Below, piece after piece: positions 8,787 to 16,892 of a stretch of DNA of 50,290 bases. The position numbers were made by a program, and so were the translations under genes. The stretch lies in the sequence record OK272485.1. The stretch is one strand, 5' to 3'. Each line of letters begins with the position of its first letter. Within the stretch, counting starts at the first letter, position 1. The notes below the pieces were generated by a model. The model did no database searches. It was not told the origin of the DNA and saw only the letters and a list, made by a program, of their open reading frames with translations. Source of the DNA: Escherichia phage JLBYU07.

Positions 8787-10363
8787 CCCAGCAGTATTGG
8801 ATTGACAAAAATAACACCATTAATCACACAAACATAATTTCTTTCTTCCAGCATTGGCAGCAAGTGCCCTTCTATCCTCTTCATTACGCCAGCCTGACCA
8901 ACGAAAGGTTTTACCTTTCTCGCTGATTCGTACAGGGCGCGAATATTCAGGATCCCTTTGTTGGCCTTGCCGTGCCTCGTGATCAATTCAATCAATTTAC
9001 CCATTTCAGCATCATCACCAGCATAACCAGAAGCATTGGCGGCGCTAATGTATGTTTTGCTCAATTCCTGAAACATGATCAACGCCTCTTGCATTGTTTC
9101 CACGTCGATCTCTTTCGACTTCTGCGGGTATCCGGCAGGATTAAACCAGTTACGGATAACATGCAGGACGGAAGCAAGCCTGATCACCTGTTTATCCATT
9201 TTACCAAGCGCACCGCGTAACATTGTATGAGAATACTTTCCTCCGTCTGCAAGATGCGGTTCCATATCCTGGCGAGCAATGTTGAGCACTCGCATAGCTG
9301 AACGGCTTATTTTCAGCGATATATTTGATTCGCTCATGATGTTATGCACCAATTGATAATATTGGGCTTTCAATTCAGAATCCACCGCCTCATAGGTAGA
9401 ATCACCATTTTCATCAATGAATGAGCGACGGCCTAAGAATGATTCCTCGCGGACCAACAAAAAACGCTCACTAACACCGATGCCTCGCGATCCAGCGTCC
9501 ATGATTCCGCTTATCGTTTCATCCTGGGCTATAACGCTCATACATCCAAGCGCGCGAAAACTCATATTATTGTCAGCATTAGCACGGGCAATTGATACGT
9601 GACCATTATCCCACGCCTTAAGCACTAGCTCACTGTTAGTCTTTCTTTCGCTATTTGCATAGGTCAAGCCTAACAGACTGTTAATACTTGTTGCTTCGTC
9701 AGATATTACGGCAAAGTTACCTTGCTTGTTGTTGATTTTCGCCAAGCCTTCTGGAGTTGTATCTGAAACAGGAAAAGTTATATCACACATTTTTTCCAGC
9801 TTTTCCTCCAGATCCTCTTTTTCCTGGTATAGAGATTCCATATCAGCGCCGGATCTTTCGCTTTTCATCTCCTTTGCAAGACCTGCCAGCTTTGCCTGTA
9901 TTTTCTTTCTTTCCTTGCGGCGTTGCTCGTTGATCTTCTCAACTTCCGCAATCATCGGAGCGATAGCCATGCTGTTGATCGCAGATTTACCAGTTGACGG
10001 CGGCTGGCTTGTAACGACGTAAAGCGCAGTCGGCTGATCGGTTCCGTGATAGTCAACCGTAAAACGTCCAAGCATAGCGGCAGAAATGCAGCCGATAAAG
10101 TGCATGTAAGCCGATGATTCAGGGAATTGAACGGATCGCGCAATGCTGCGTGATAACTTGCCGACAACATCAATATCATTACCAAGAGAAATAACGGGGT
10201 AGCGATCGTGACCGCTATTCACATCCTTTACGTCGCCCCAAAAGCTGGACGACTGGCGATAGCCGTTAGCCTGAATTGATACGCGAACTGGTGAGAGGTT
10301 CTGGCTTTCAGCCATAGCGATTATTTGCTGTGGAGTTAATTTGTTCGTTTCTAATGAAAACAT
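8783..10363 (-). CDS. P-loop NTPase, putative replication-associated ATPase (DUF3987-like by inference)
   Basis: 526 aa; Walker A PPSTGKS and Walker B FAVISDE separated by a Lys/Glu-rich coiled-coil insert; AGGAG RBS. Confidence 0.5.
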   Translation of the reverse strand: MFSLETNKLTPQQIIAMAESQNLSPVRVSIQANGYRQSSSFWGDVKDVNSGHDRYPVISLGNDIDVVGKLSRSIARSVQFPESSAYMHFIGCISAAMLGRFTVDYHGTDQPTALYVVTSQPPSTGKSAINSMAIAPMIAEVEKINEQRRKERKKIQAKLAGLAKEMKSERSGADMESLYQEKEDLEEKLEKMCDITFPVSDTTPEGLAKINNKQGNFAVISDEATSINSLLGLTYANSERKTNSELVLKAWDNGHVSIARANADNNMSFRALGCMSVIAQDETISGIMDAGSRGIGVSERFLLVREESFLGRRSFIDENGDSTYEAVDSELKAQYYQLVHNIMSESNISLKISRSAMRVLNIARQDMEPHLADGGKYSHTMLRGALGKMDKQVIRLASVLHVIRNWFNPAGYPQKSKEIDVETMQEALIMFQELSKTYISAANASGYAGDDAEMGKLIELITRHGKANKGILNIRALYESARKVKPFVGQAGVMKRIEGHLLPMLEERNYVCVINGVIFVNPILLG

Positions 10364-10415
10364 TCGTTAGCTTCTCCTTTGTGGGCCGTAAATTTTAACG
10401 GCCCAATACTACCCC

Positions 10416-10437
10416 GTTTTGTCAAAAAGTGCTATTT
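10416..10437 (-). promoter_or_regulatory. conserved intergenic box copy (minus orientation, TTGACA variant)
   Basis: TAG is stop of gene 10432-10653; followed by hairpin GGGCCGTTAAAATTTACGGCCC then RBS of ATPase gene. Confidence 0.6.
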
Positions 10438-10653
10438 GATCCGCTCTATTGCAACCAGAAGTCGATCAGGCTGGCGGTCGCTGTAGCATTCTCCTGTAAT
10501 CCCATCCTTAAACGTAAAGTAAAGCGCCTTATGATATGAAAAACCAATCAGCCAACCTACCGCCGTTTTTTTGATGGGCCTGACTATATCGCCAGGCTTG
10601 AAAGTCTTTGTGGTAGAATGCGTTACTTTATAACGGTTTTCACTGTTTATCAC
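10432..10653 (-). CDS. hypothetical protein
   Basis: 73 aa; stop TAG inside conserved box copy. Confidence 0.5.
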   Translation of the reverse strand: MINSENRYKVTHSTTKTFKPGDIVRPIKKTAVGWLIGFSYHKALYFTFKDGITGECYSDRQPDRLLVAIERIK

Positions 10654-11036
10654 AGATATTTGCCCTCAAACAGATAACAGCCGCCAGCAGAGAATCCGAC
10701 CTCTTCACGGTACAGGTTCCAGCGGTCGCCGCACTCATCAAAAACATAACCCGCAACGCTTCCAAGCGGTCGCCCTTTCTCGATCTGGTATCGCTTGCCC
10801 TGCTTAAAGTGCTTTTTGCACGGCATGTTATGATCTACAAACGTGCAAATAACGGTTTTTGTGTTAATGGCGCGGTAATCATCTCGGTTTGCTGGAAGCC
10901 AGCGGCTACCCTTAACAAGCGTCTTAACCTGGAATTCTTCCACCTCGATCACATCATCACTTCCTGCAATCTTCTGATAAACCGTTTTAAAACGGCCTTT
11001 CATCAATACGTTGGTTTCATTACAGATAACATTCAT
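10650..11036 (-). CDS. hypothetical protein
   Basis: 128 aa; AGGAG RBS. Confidence 0.5.
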   Translation of the reverse strand: MNVICNETNVLMKGRFKTVYQKIAGSDDVIEVEEFQVKTLVKGSRWLPANRDDYRAINTKTVICTFVDHNMPCKKHFKQGKRYQIEKGRPLGSVAGYVFDECGDRWNLYREEVGFSAGGCYLFEGKYL

Positions 11037-11089
11037 GATTAGATCTCCTTTGTTTGTTCGATGTGATTATGCCAGGTTTTTACACCTGG

Positions 11090-11110
11090 CTTTTAACAAA
11101 AAGTGCTATT
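11090..11110 (-). promoter_or_regulatory. conserved intergenic box copy (minus orientation)
   Basis: TAG is stop of MTase-like gene; followed by hairpin GCCAGGTGTAAAAACCTGGC and ATAATC. Confidence 0.65.
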
Positions 11111-11816
11111 TTGAATTTGACTCAAAGACGGCGCGAGCAAATCCGCGCGGAGTGAGGGAGCGTAGTTGCTTTGTTCTGGCAGACTTACCGCCTAAAAACT
11201 TCCAACCCCAAAAGAACATTACGCCATCATCATTGGATAACGGCTTGCGTTCCGGTTCGGTAAATCCGTTGCCGCACCAGATAGCCGTCCTTTTAGTGTA
11301 GCCATCCTTTAGCGGCATTTTGGGGTGAAATGACCCATCGGATTCGTCCAAGTAGTTACCAAAATCGCGCGGATTGAAATAAAAATCCGGCTTGCGCCAT
11401 AGCGTTGATAGTCGGCCTACCGGATTCTCAGCCATCCAGGGAACACCGAAATGATTTCCGACTTTTTCAACCATGATTGCATTTTGGAGCGCGATATGAA
11501 TATCGTCTTCGCTGCGCACATGCTTACTTCCTGATTGGGCGAACATGGTGCAGTCTGGAAAGCCAAATACAATATCAGGTTTTGGAATATCCATCTTAAT
11601 GATGTTTTCAATGAAATTTTCATCAATCCACATATTCACATAATGCAGATTTTCATGCTTCATTTTGATGAAATATTCTCCGTGATTGCCTTCGTCAGCG
11701 TTAAAGCAATAGCATTGATAACCAGCCTTCGCATATTCAAGCAACATGATTCCAGATCCATCAAACATTGAGTAAGCAACTTTATTTCCCATGATTTTTA
11801 TGATACCCCAATTCAT
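11106..11816 (-). CDS. compact C5-cytosine methyltransferase-like protein
   Basis: about 236 aa (start ambiguous 11792/11816/11852); motif I FDGSG, motif IV-like GFPDCTMFAQSG, motif VI ENP, motif VIII-like KRTAIWC; minimal TRD, no clear motif X; stop TAG in box. Confidence 0.45.
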   Translation of the reverse strand: MNWGIIKIMGNKVAYSMFDGSGIMLLEYAKAGYQCYCFNADEGNHGEYFIKMKHENLHYVNMWIDENFIENIIKMDIPKPDIVFGFPDCTMFAQSGSKHVRSEDDIHIALQNAIMVEKVGNHFGVPWMAENPVGRLSTLWRKPDFYFNPRDFGNYLDESDGSFHPKMPLKDGYTKRTAIWCGNGFTEPERKPLSNDDGVMFFWGWKFLGGKSARTKQLRSLTPRGFARAVFESNSK

Positions 11817-12309
11817 TCTCGGCTTTACGTTTTGCGGCAACAGCATCTCCAAAACTGGAGAAACAACCTATATAAATCCTACTTCCTCGCTTTCCGCTTC
11901 CAACCCTTACAATCCACTTGCCATGTTTATTTTTATGCACGCCTGGTATGCCACTTGTATTGTTTTTCTGCTTTGATGTGTTTCGCATATTTCCTTTGTG
12001 ATCTTTTAACTCAAAGTTTATTGCTCTGTTATCAGTCGTAATGTGATTTACGTGATCAACCTCCATTCCTTCCGGTATAGGCCCATAGTGCATTTCATAG
12101 CATATTCTATGAACTTTCAGGTTATAACGTTTTCCGTTTACAGTAAGTGCGGTTTCTAAATATCTGCCACCACTACCCAAAGAGCCAACCTCATTACCAG
12201 CATTACAAGCATTCCATTGTTTAACTCTTGATTGGTGAATATCTTTTCTTTCTTTCCAGAACAGCTTTCCGGTTTCTGGATTGTATGTAAAGTAATCGTG
12301 CCAATTCAT
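11782..12309 (-). CDS. HNH homing endonuclease (with AP2-like DNA-binding domain)
   Basis: 175 aa; HNH core EVDHVNHITTDNR; C-terminal GIPGVHKNKHGKWIVRV...YIGCFSSFGDAVAAKRKAE; GAGGT RBS. Confidence 0.8.
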   Translation of the reverse strand: MNWHDYFTYNPETGKLFWKERKDIHQSRVKQWNACNAGNEVGSLGSGGRYLETALTVNGKRYNLKVHRICYEMHYGPIPEGMEVDHVNHITTDNRAINFELKDHKGNMRNTSKQKNNTSGIPGVHKNKHGKWIVRVGSGKRGSRIYIGCFSSFGDAVAAKRKAENELGYHKNHGK

Positions 12310-12317
12310 TCATTACC

Positions 12318-12542
12318 TCAAAACGGAAAACAGCGCGCACAACCAGGATCGAAATCGCATCCACAATCATTAACAATCATAGTGGGATCTGCAAATATTG
12401 CGCTTGATTCAAGATCCATATCCATATCACCTAAAGCCTCATCAAGAGTCTTAATTTTATATGCCACTTCAAGCGCCGCCTCTTTATTTAGTCCGGCATC
12501 TTCTGCCATTTGAAGGCGCTCAAAAAATCCGTCTTGACTCAT
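12318..12542 (-). CDS. hypothetical acidic protein
   Basis: 74 aa; acidic, Cys cluster at C-terminus. Confidence 0.45.
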   Translation of the reverse strand: MSQDGFFERLQMAEDAGLNKEAALEVAYKIKTLDEALGDMDMDLESSAIFADPTMIVNDCGCDFDPGCARCFPF

Positions 12543-12655
12543 CGCATAATCCCCTTAATAACAGCCAAGATAATAGCCAGGCCAGCAGCAGTAACCAAAA
12601 AGCCAACCGCGCCAATAATCGAATAAAAAAAGAAATCAATAGCCTTATCTATCAT
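12539..12655 (-). CDS. small single-TMD membrane peptide
   Basis: 38 aa, below track threshold; GAGGTG RBS; MIDKAIDFFFYSIIGAVGFLVTAAGLAIILAVIKGIMR; stop overlaps next ATG. Confidence 0.5.
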   Translation of the reverse strand: MIDKAIDFFFYSIIGAVGFLVTAAGLAIILAVIKGIMR

Positions 12656-12697
12656 TTTCCACCTCATTTAAAAGGCGGCAAAACGCCGCCAGATTAA

Positions 12698-12925
12698 TTA
12701 AAGAGCACGCCAACTTTGAATATAGAAAGCGTTTTCTTCCAGTAATTCTTTTAACTGATCTTTATTGTATTTGCGCACCTTACCGCCTGGATGGATACCA
12801 ATAAGATAGCCGCCTTTGCCCTCGGTGATAGTGATTTGGCTAATTCCACAAGACTTATCAAGTTTTACAGCAACGCGGTGATGAGCGTCAATAGTTGACA
12901 TAATGTTTAAAACTTTTGCTTTCAT
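12698..12925 (-). CDS. hypothetical protein
   Basis: 75 aa; GAGGA RBS. Confidence 0.5.
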   Translation of the reverse strand: MKAKVLNIMSTIDAHHRVAVKLDKSCGISQITITEGKGGYLIGIHPGGKVRKYNKDQLKELLEENAFYIQSWRAL

Positions 12926-13033
12926 TTAAATATCCTCAATTGAAATATGAATGACGTGGCGCTCTTTTTCCGTCGCCGCCGTAATGGTCATTTGCAACCG
13001 CCACCATCCAAGCGTTTTTGAAAATAAATAGCC

Positions 13034-13246
13034 TCATTTCTTATTTTTCAGCTTAAATTTATGACCTGGAACACCAGCGCCAATATACCCATCGTTGTAT
13101 TCCATTAAATAAAGGTGAAGACCATTATCTGAAATTACATGAGGATCTTCTTTGAGATTTCCCATTAGTGGATATTCTTTTCCGCGCGTAAATTTCCAAA
13201 TTGAGTTATAAGTTTCTACGCATTTAAGTTTTAATTGCTTTGCCAT
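13034..13246 (-). CDS. hypothetical protein
   Basis: 70 aa; TAATG coupling with upstream gene. Confidence 0.5.
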   Translation of the reverse strand: MAKQLKLKCVETYNSIWKFTRGKEYPLMGNLKEDPHVISDNGLHLYLMEYNDGYIGAGVPGHKFKLKNKK

Positions 13247-13527
13247 TATGCGATCCCAGTTACGTTAAAACTTACAGCCTTTGTTGCGCTAAATACATAA
13301 GCATCAACAGCGCCGCCAAATACACGAATTTTACCCTGGCCGTACTGCGCATTCATATTTCGCCAAACCGTTCTATTAGAGCAGAATGCGCTACCAGTCT
13401 TAATAAGCGTATCCATCTCTTTTCTTAGATCGCGATAGTCCAGCCAGAATCTAAAGGCACGCTGTTTAATTCGCGCCGCCTTGATTTTTTCTCTTGCGCT
13501 ATTGAAATCATTCTTTTCGTATGCCAT
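13246..13527 (-). CDS. hypothetical protein
   Basis: 93 aa; TAATG coupling. Confidence 0.5.
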   Translation of the reverse strand: MAYEKNDFNSAREKIKAARIKQRAFRFWLDYRDLRKEMDTLIKTGSAFCSNRTVWRNMNAQYGQGKIRVFGGAVDAYVFSATKAVSFNVTGIA

Positions 13528-13724
13528 TAAATGATCTCCATGTATGTTTCAAAGCCATTTAACTTGAACAGTCCGTTTTCACATTTGCGCACGTTCCAAG
13601 TTAGCCCTGAGTGGTACGCCTCCATATCATCAAGGTCAATGGTGATTTCAGCACCTTTCTTAAACAAACCTTTTTCGTGAGACTTGTCGCGCTTAACAAC
13701 TTTAACATCAACCTGATTTTCCAT
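13527..13724 (-). CDS. hypothetical protein
   Basis: 65 aa from ATG 13724 with GAGGA RBS (track start 13775 non-ATG). Confidence 0.5.
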   Translation of the reverse strand: MENQVDVKVVKRDKSHEKGLFKKGAEITIDLDDMEAYHSGLTWNVRKCENGLFKLNGFETYMEII

Positions 13725-13778
13725 CTTTAAATCCTCGTTTGTTGTCGATGGGTGTAATATACCATTCAGGAGCACATC

Positions 13779-13800
13779 GTTTTTAACAAAAAGTGCTATT
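13779..13800 (-). promoter_or_regulatory. conserved intergenic box copy (minus orientation)
   Basis: between genes 13800-14063 and 13527-13724. Confidence 0.6.
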
Positions 13801-14063
13801 TAGTCCAGGAATTCGATTTCACGCTCTCCAGTTAACGGATCCACAAGCCAGAATCCGAGCGGTTCGCCGTGAACACCGCCATAGAATCCAAGCGCCGTCA
13901 GATCTTCACCTTTAACAAATACCAGTTTTCCGCTACGGCCTACGTGAGACACGTTAACGATAACCGGAAATGTGCGATCCTTAAATGCAGGACGCAGGGC
14001 GTAACATCCGTTGTTGAGCAAACGTGCTTTGCGCTTAACTGGAATAGGTGCATTAATTTTCAT
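13800..14063 (-). CDS. hypothetical protein
   Basis: 87 aa; AAGGAG RBS. Confidence 0.5.
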   Translation of the reverse strand: MKINAPIPVKRKARLLNNGCYALRPAFKDRTFPVIVNVSHVGRSGKLVFVKGEDLTALGFYGGVHGEPLGFWLVDPLTGEREIEFLD

Positions 14064-14075
14064 GGTTATTACTCC

Positions 14076-14288
14076 TTATCGTAAAGATTTAAAGACGTAT
14101 AGTTTATTGCGGTAACTATATATCCGCATTGTTATTTCTCGCAGTGCAATATATTCCTTCCTGTTTTCCGGCAGACTGGCGAGCAACAACAGGCAGTATT
14201 TATAAGCGCGGTCAAGATTTCTTTCCGTGCCCCTGCAATATCCCTTGTTGCGCCTGGAGCGGTACAGCCATAACAATTTCTTGAACAT
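14076..14288 (-). CDS. hypothetical Arg/Cys-rich protein
   Basis: 70 aa; ATG 2 nt after stop of upstream gene; upstream part of track ORF 14076-14474 rejected. Confidence 0.3.
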   Translation of the reverse strand: MFKKLLWLYRSRRNKGYCRGTERNLDRAYKYCLLLLASLPENRKEYIALREITMRIYSYRNKLYVFKSLR

Positions 14289-14289
14289 T

Positions 14290-14499
14290 TCAGATACGCC
14301 CATACAGATCGCAAACTTCGTTGATAAAACAGCGTTGAGACTCTTTATCCTGCTTCTCAAACATCGCACGGCACTCATAGCGGTGATTATGCACGATGAC
14401 AACAACCATATTTTCAGGCGCTGACGGGTGACGCGCGGAAGCGTCGCAGATTGAAACATCCATACCCATCTCATGTGCTTTCTTGATCACATCCAACAT
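14290..14499 (-). CDS. hypothetical protein
   Basis: 69 aa from ATG 14499 with AGGAG RBS. Confidence 0.45.
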   Translation of the reverse strand: MLDVIKKAHEMGMDVSICDASARHPSAPENMVVVIVHNHRYECRAMFEKQDKESQRCFINEVCDLYGRI

Positions 14500-14753
14500 T
14501 TTTTCTTCTCCTGCAATAAGCAAACATCATTGATAAAATCAGTGCGGCCCTTAATGTTGCTGATGTGGAACGTCTTTTCAGCGTACAGGCCATCACCTTC
14601 AATCACGATCATTACGCGAGTCGGTTTATTCACGGGCGCACATGAAAATAGTGGGCGCACCGGAAGAAATTTAGTAGCCACATCCAGGTTAGCCCTGGCG
14701 GCCCTGCAAAACGCCTCCGCCAGATCCAAATCATTTTCGGTAATCACCGCCAT
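14487..14753 (-). CDS. hypothetical protein
   Basis: 88 aa; TAATG coupling to upstream gene. Confidence 0.5.
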   Translation of the reverse strand: MAVITENDLDLAEAFCRAARANLDVATKFLPVRPLFSCAPVNKPTRVMIVIEGDGLYAEKTFHISNIKGRTDFINDVCLLQEKKKCWM

Positions 14754-15025
14754 TACTTCTTGATCTCCTTACTGATAAATTTCAGCACCTGGCGCAAGAA
14801 AACTTCGTTGTTGATAGTCGCTGGCAATTCTTCTTTCACTTCTTGCGGCAGATAGATATTACCGTGCCAGGTCAAGCAATCGTAGTTAATACGATAAGAG
14901 CAAAGCCACTCGCAATCGTTATCTGCTTCCCATATGCAGAGTTGCAGAACATCGCCAAAATCTTCAACAGTCAGATCCAGACCGTGACGCTTAGCGAAAT
15001 TGAAAGTGGTTTTGCTGATGTTCAT
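14753..15025 (-). CDS. hypothetical protein (first gene of leftward early operon)
   Basis: 90 aa; AGGAG RBS; downstream of divergent control region. Confidence 0.5.
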   Translation of the reverse strand: MNISKTTFNFAKRHGLDLTVEDFGDVLQLCIWEADNDCEWLCSYRINYDCLTWHGNIYLPQEVKEELPATINNEVFLRQVLKFISKEIKK

Positions 15026-15084
15026 TTACTATCTCCTGAGCGGTTCGTTTCGATGTGTGTAATGTACCCGATCAGGTGGCCTGA

Positions 15085-15106
15085 GTTTTAACAAAAAGTG
15101 CTATTT
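15085..15106 (-). promoter_or_regulatory. conserved intergenic box copy (minus orientation)
   Basis: at head of leftward early operon, about 60 nt upstream of gene 14753-15025. Confidence 0.6.
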
Positions 15107-15134
15107 GACGGTTATCGCCAGGATTGCGATCGAA

Positions 15135-15212
15135 ATAATCAAAAGTAATCATTCGTAATCAAATCACGTCAAAATGATGATTGCCTTTGCAAATTTGATG
15201 AGAAAAGTAATC
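15135..15212. promoter_or_regulatory. cluster of TAATCA iteron-like repeats in divergent control region
   Basis: AGTAATCATTCGTAATCAAATCACG ... AGTAATCACGTTTAATCATTGG; four or more TAATCA units. Confidence 0.45.
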
Positions 15213-15659
15213 ACGTTTAATCATTGGTTGCAGGGGAGATAGTGAAACCTTCCCCTCTTGCCTCACTTTTCCGCCTGGCTGTCAGTGGTTGTTGTCTTTT
15301 GTTCACCCCTGTTACCGATTTCAGGCGGCGTGTTTCCGCGCGGTTTTCCGGTGTAGCGAAAACGGAAAAAACAAAAAAAATCCTATATAATACATTGAAA
15401 ATAAAGATTATTTATTTATATATATCTATAATGTTTTCTTTTTGTTCTCACTGTTACAGTGCTTTTTGTTGGGTGTGGTGTGGTTGTGTGTTGGTATATA
15501 TGGATAGTTGCGCGCGCGGCGGATTGCATATGTATATATACTTTTTCCGGCGGATTGCGTTAACAGCGCGAACAGAAAAATAACAGCCCTGAAATCAACA
15601 ACTTGCGCATGATTTTGTAGTTTTTCGATATTGGTAACGTTTTGAATACAACAAAAACA

Positions 15660-15687
15660 TTGACACGCACCAAATAGCTTTTATAAT
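15660..15687 (+). promoter_or_regulatory. near-consensus sigma70 promoter (TTGACA-N16-TATAAT)
   Basis: TTGACA at 15660-15665, TATAAT at 15682-15687; about 30 nt upstream of GGAGG RBS of gene 15719. Confidence 0.6.
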
Positions 15688-15718
15688 GCGCCAACAGTCA
15701 ACAACTGGAGGAAAGGAA

Positions 15719-16183
15719 ATGGAACAGAAGACCACTAAGGACTATTGCGATTGGCTTCGCGAGCTTGGTCGCCGCCTGGCTAGTGGCGATATTGAAGAGT
15801 ATAAAATGTCACTAATTGACCTGGCCGGAATGTTAAGCGGTGACGACTGCTACAAGATCACGCGCAGTTCATCCTACAGCCGGACCATTATCAACCGCGT
15901 TCCAGAAGTAAGGGCCGCAGGTCGGGTAAGCATCAAGGTAGAGGAAACGGAAGATGATAAATTTTACGTTTTCCGCATGGTCCGCGAATCGAAAAGGAAA
16001 ATCATCACGCCAGAAGAATTGCCAGCCATCAAGGCAAGGGCGATCAAAAAGTTTGCCGATCGCTTACTGGCAGCAATCCCGAATATCGTTGACCTGGAAG
16101 GGGATAAACTGGCTGGGGCTTGCGAGGGCGTAAGCCGCTACCAGGATATGATCCGCGAAATCATCAAAGAGGAAGAGCAATGA
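15719..16183 (+). CDS. hypothetical early protein
   Basis: 154 aa from ATG 15719 (GGAGG RBS); track start 15686 lies inside the -10 hexamer. Confidence 0.55.
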   Translation: MEQKTTKDYCDWLRELGRRLASGDIEEYKMSLIDLAGMLSGDDCYKITRSSSYSRTIINRVPEVRAAGRVSIKVEETEDDKFYVFRMVRESKRKIITPEELPAIKARAIKKFADRLLAAIPNIVDLEGDKLAGACEGVSRYQDMIREIIKEEEQ

Positions 16184-16452
16184 AAAAGGCATTAATCAGC
16201 GTTTTGGCGGCAATGGCATTCCTGACCGGATGCAAAGAAGATGGCGCGCATGTTGGCAATGTGCAGATGGCTAACCCTGGCGATGCCTACAGCGTAAGGG
16301 AGCTATTCACCGCTGACGGTTGCACCGTTTACCGATTCTATGACGATCGCACTGTTTACTTCACCAACTGCAAGGGCGCTACTAGCTGGGAAGTGTCGAA
16401 AAGCAATGGCAAAGGCACGAAGACAGAACATATGACCGTCGAAACAAAATAG
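16180..16452 (+). CDS. lipoprotein (candidate receptor-blocking superinfection-exclusion protein)
   Basis: 90 aa from ATG 16180; signal peptide plus lipobox LTGC; stop TAG in conserved box. Confidence 0.55.
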   Translation: MKKALISVLAAMAFLTGCKEDGAHVGNVQMANPGDAYSVRELFTADGCTVYRFYDDRTVYFTNCKGATSWEVSKSNGKGTKTEHMTVETK

Positions 16453-16468
16453 CACTTTTTGTTAAAAC
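16448..16468 (+). promoter_or_regulatory. conserved intergenic box AATAGCACTTTTTGTTAAAAC
   Basis: exact copy; TAG is stop of lipoprotein gene; ATAATA 23 nt after TTGTTA. Confidence 0.65.
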
Positions 16469-16469
16469 T

Positions 16470-16694
16470 CAAAAGCGATAACCAGGCATAATACACACAT
16501 AGACGGGCGGCAAGGATTGCTGCGGGAGAGGAGTAACGCAGGGGCTTGATCGAAGTGTCAGGATTCCCAACCGTGAGGCCAGAACTATCACACTAGCCAC
16601 CAGGCAGAACGCTAGATAGGTCACTGAGCTGAGGCTACCGACGAAGTGAAGCCCGTCACCAAAGATTAAACGGTTATTTATGTGAAAGGGGTTA
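16470..16694 (+). ncRNA. candidate structured non-coding RNA or long structured leader
   Basis: 225 nt with no ORF in any plus frame, GC-rich; long-range pairing GACGGGC (16502-16508) with GCCCGTC (16651-16657); internal hairpins CTGCG...CGCAG and CTAGC...GCTAG. Confidence 0.3.
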
Positions 16695-16877
16695 ATGATG
16701 GATAAGATCATCAAAATGAGCGAAGTCAAGCCGGGAATGATGGTTAAGTTTGCTGGCAAATATCGCCTAGTGCTGGATAACTGCCGCAAAGAGAACATTC
16801 TTACCATTCGTGTAAATGGCAAGGCGCAGCTATTCGCCCCTAGCTCAGATATTGACGTTGAAGTTAGAATTAAGTAA
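16695..16877 (+). CDS. hypothetical protein
   Basis: 60 aa; AAAGGGG RBS. Confidence 0.45.
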   Translation: MMDKIIKMSEVKPGMMVKFAGKYRLVLDNCRKENILTIRVNGKAQLFAPSSDIDVEVRIK

Positions 16878-16892
16878 TTAGGAGGAAACACC

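Noticed and set aside
14076-14474. 132-aa minus-strand ORF
   Set aside because: Its first 60 codons overlap gene 14290-14499 in another frame; only the distal 70 codons, starting 2 nt after that gene's stop, were kept, at low confidence.
15224-15583. Track ORF of 119 aa on the plus strand
   Set aside because: Lies in the AT/GT-rich low-complexity control region, has no RBS and a junk-like hydrophobic/Cys-rich translation; treated as non-coding.
16470-16694. Possible tRNA gene
   Set aside because: No cloverleaf, no GTTCRANNC T-loop, and the paired ends are about 150 nt apart; not tRNA-like.
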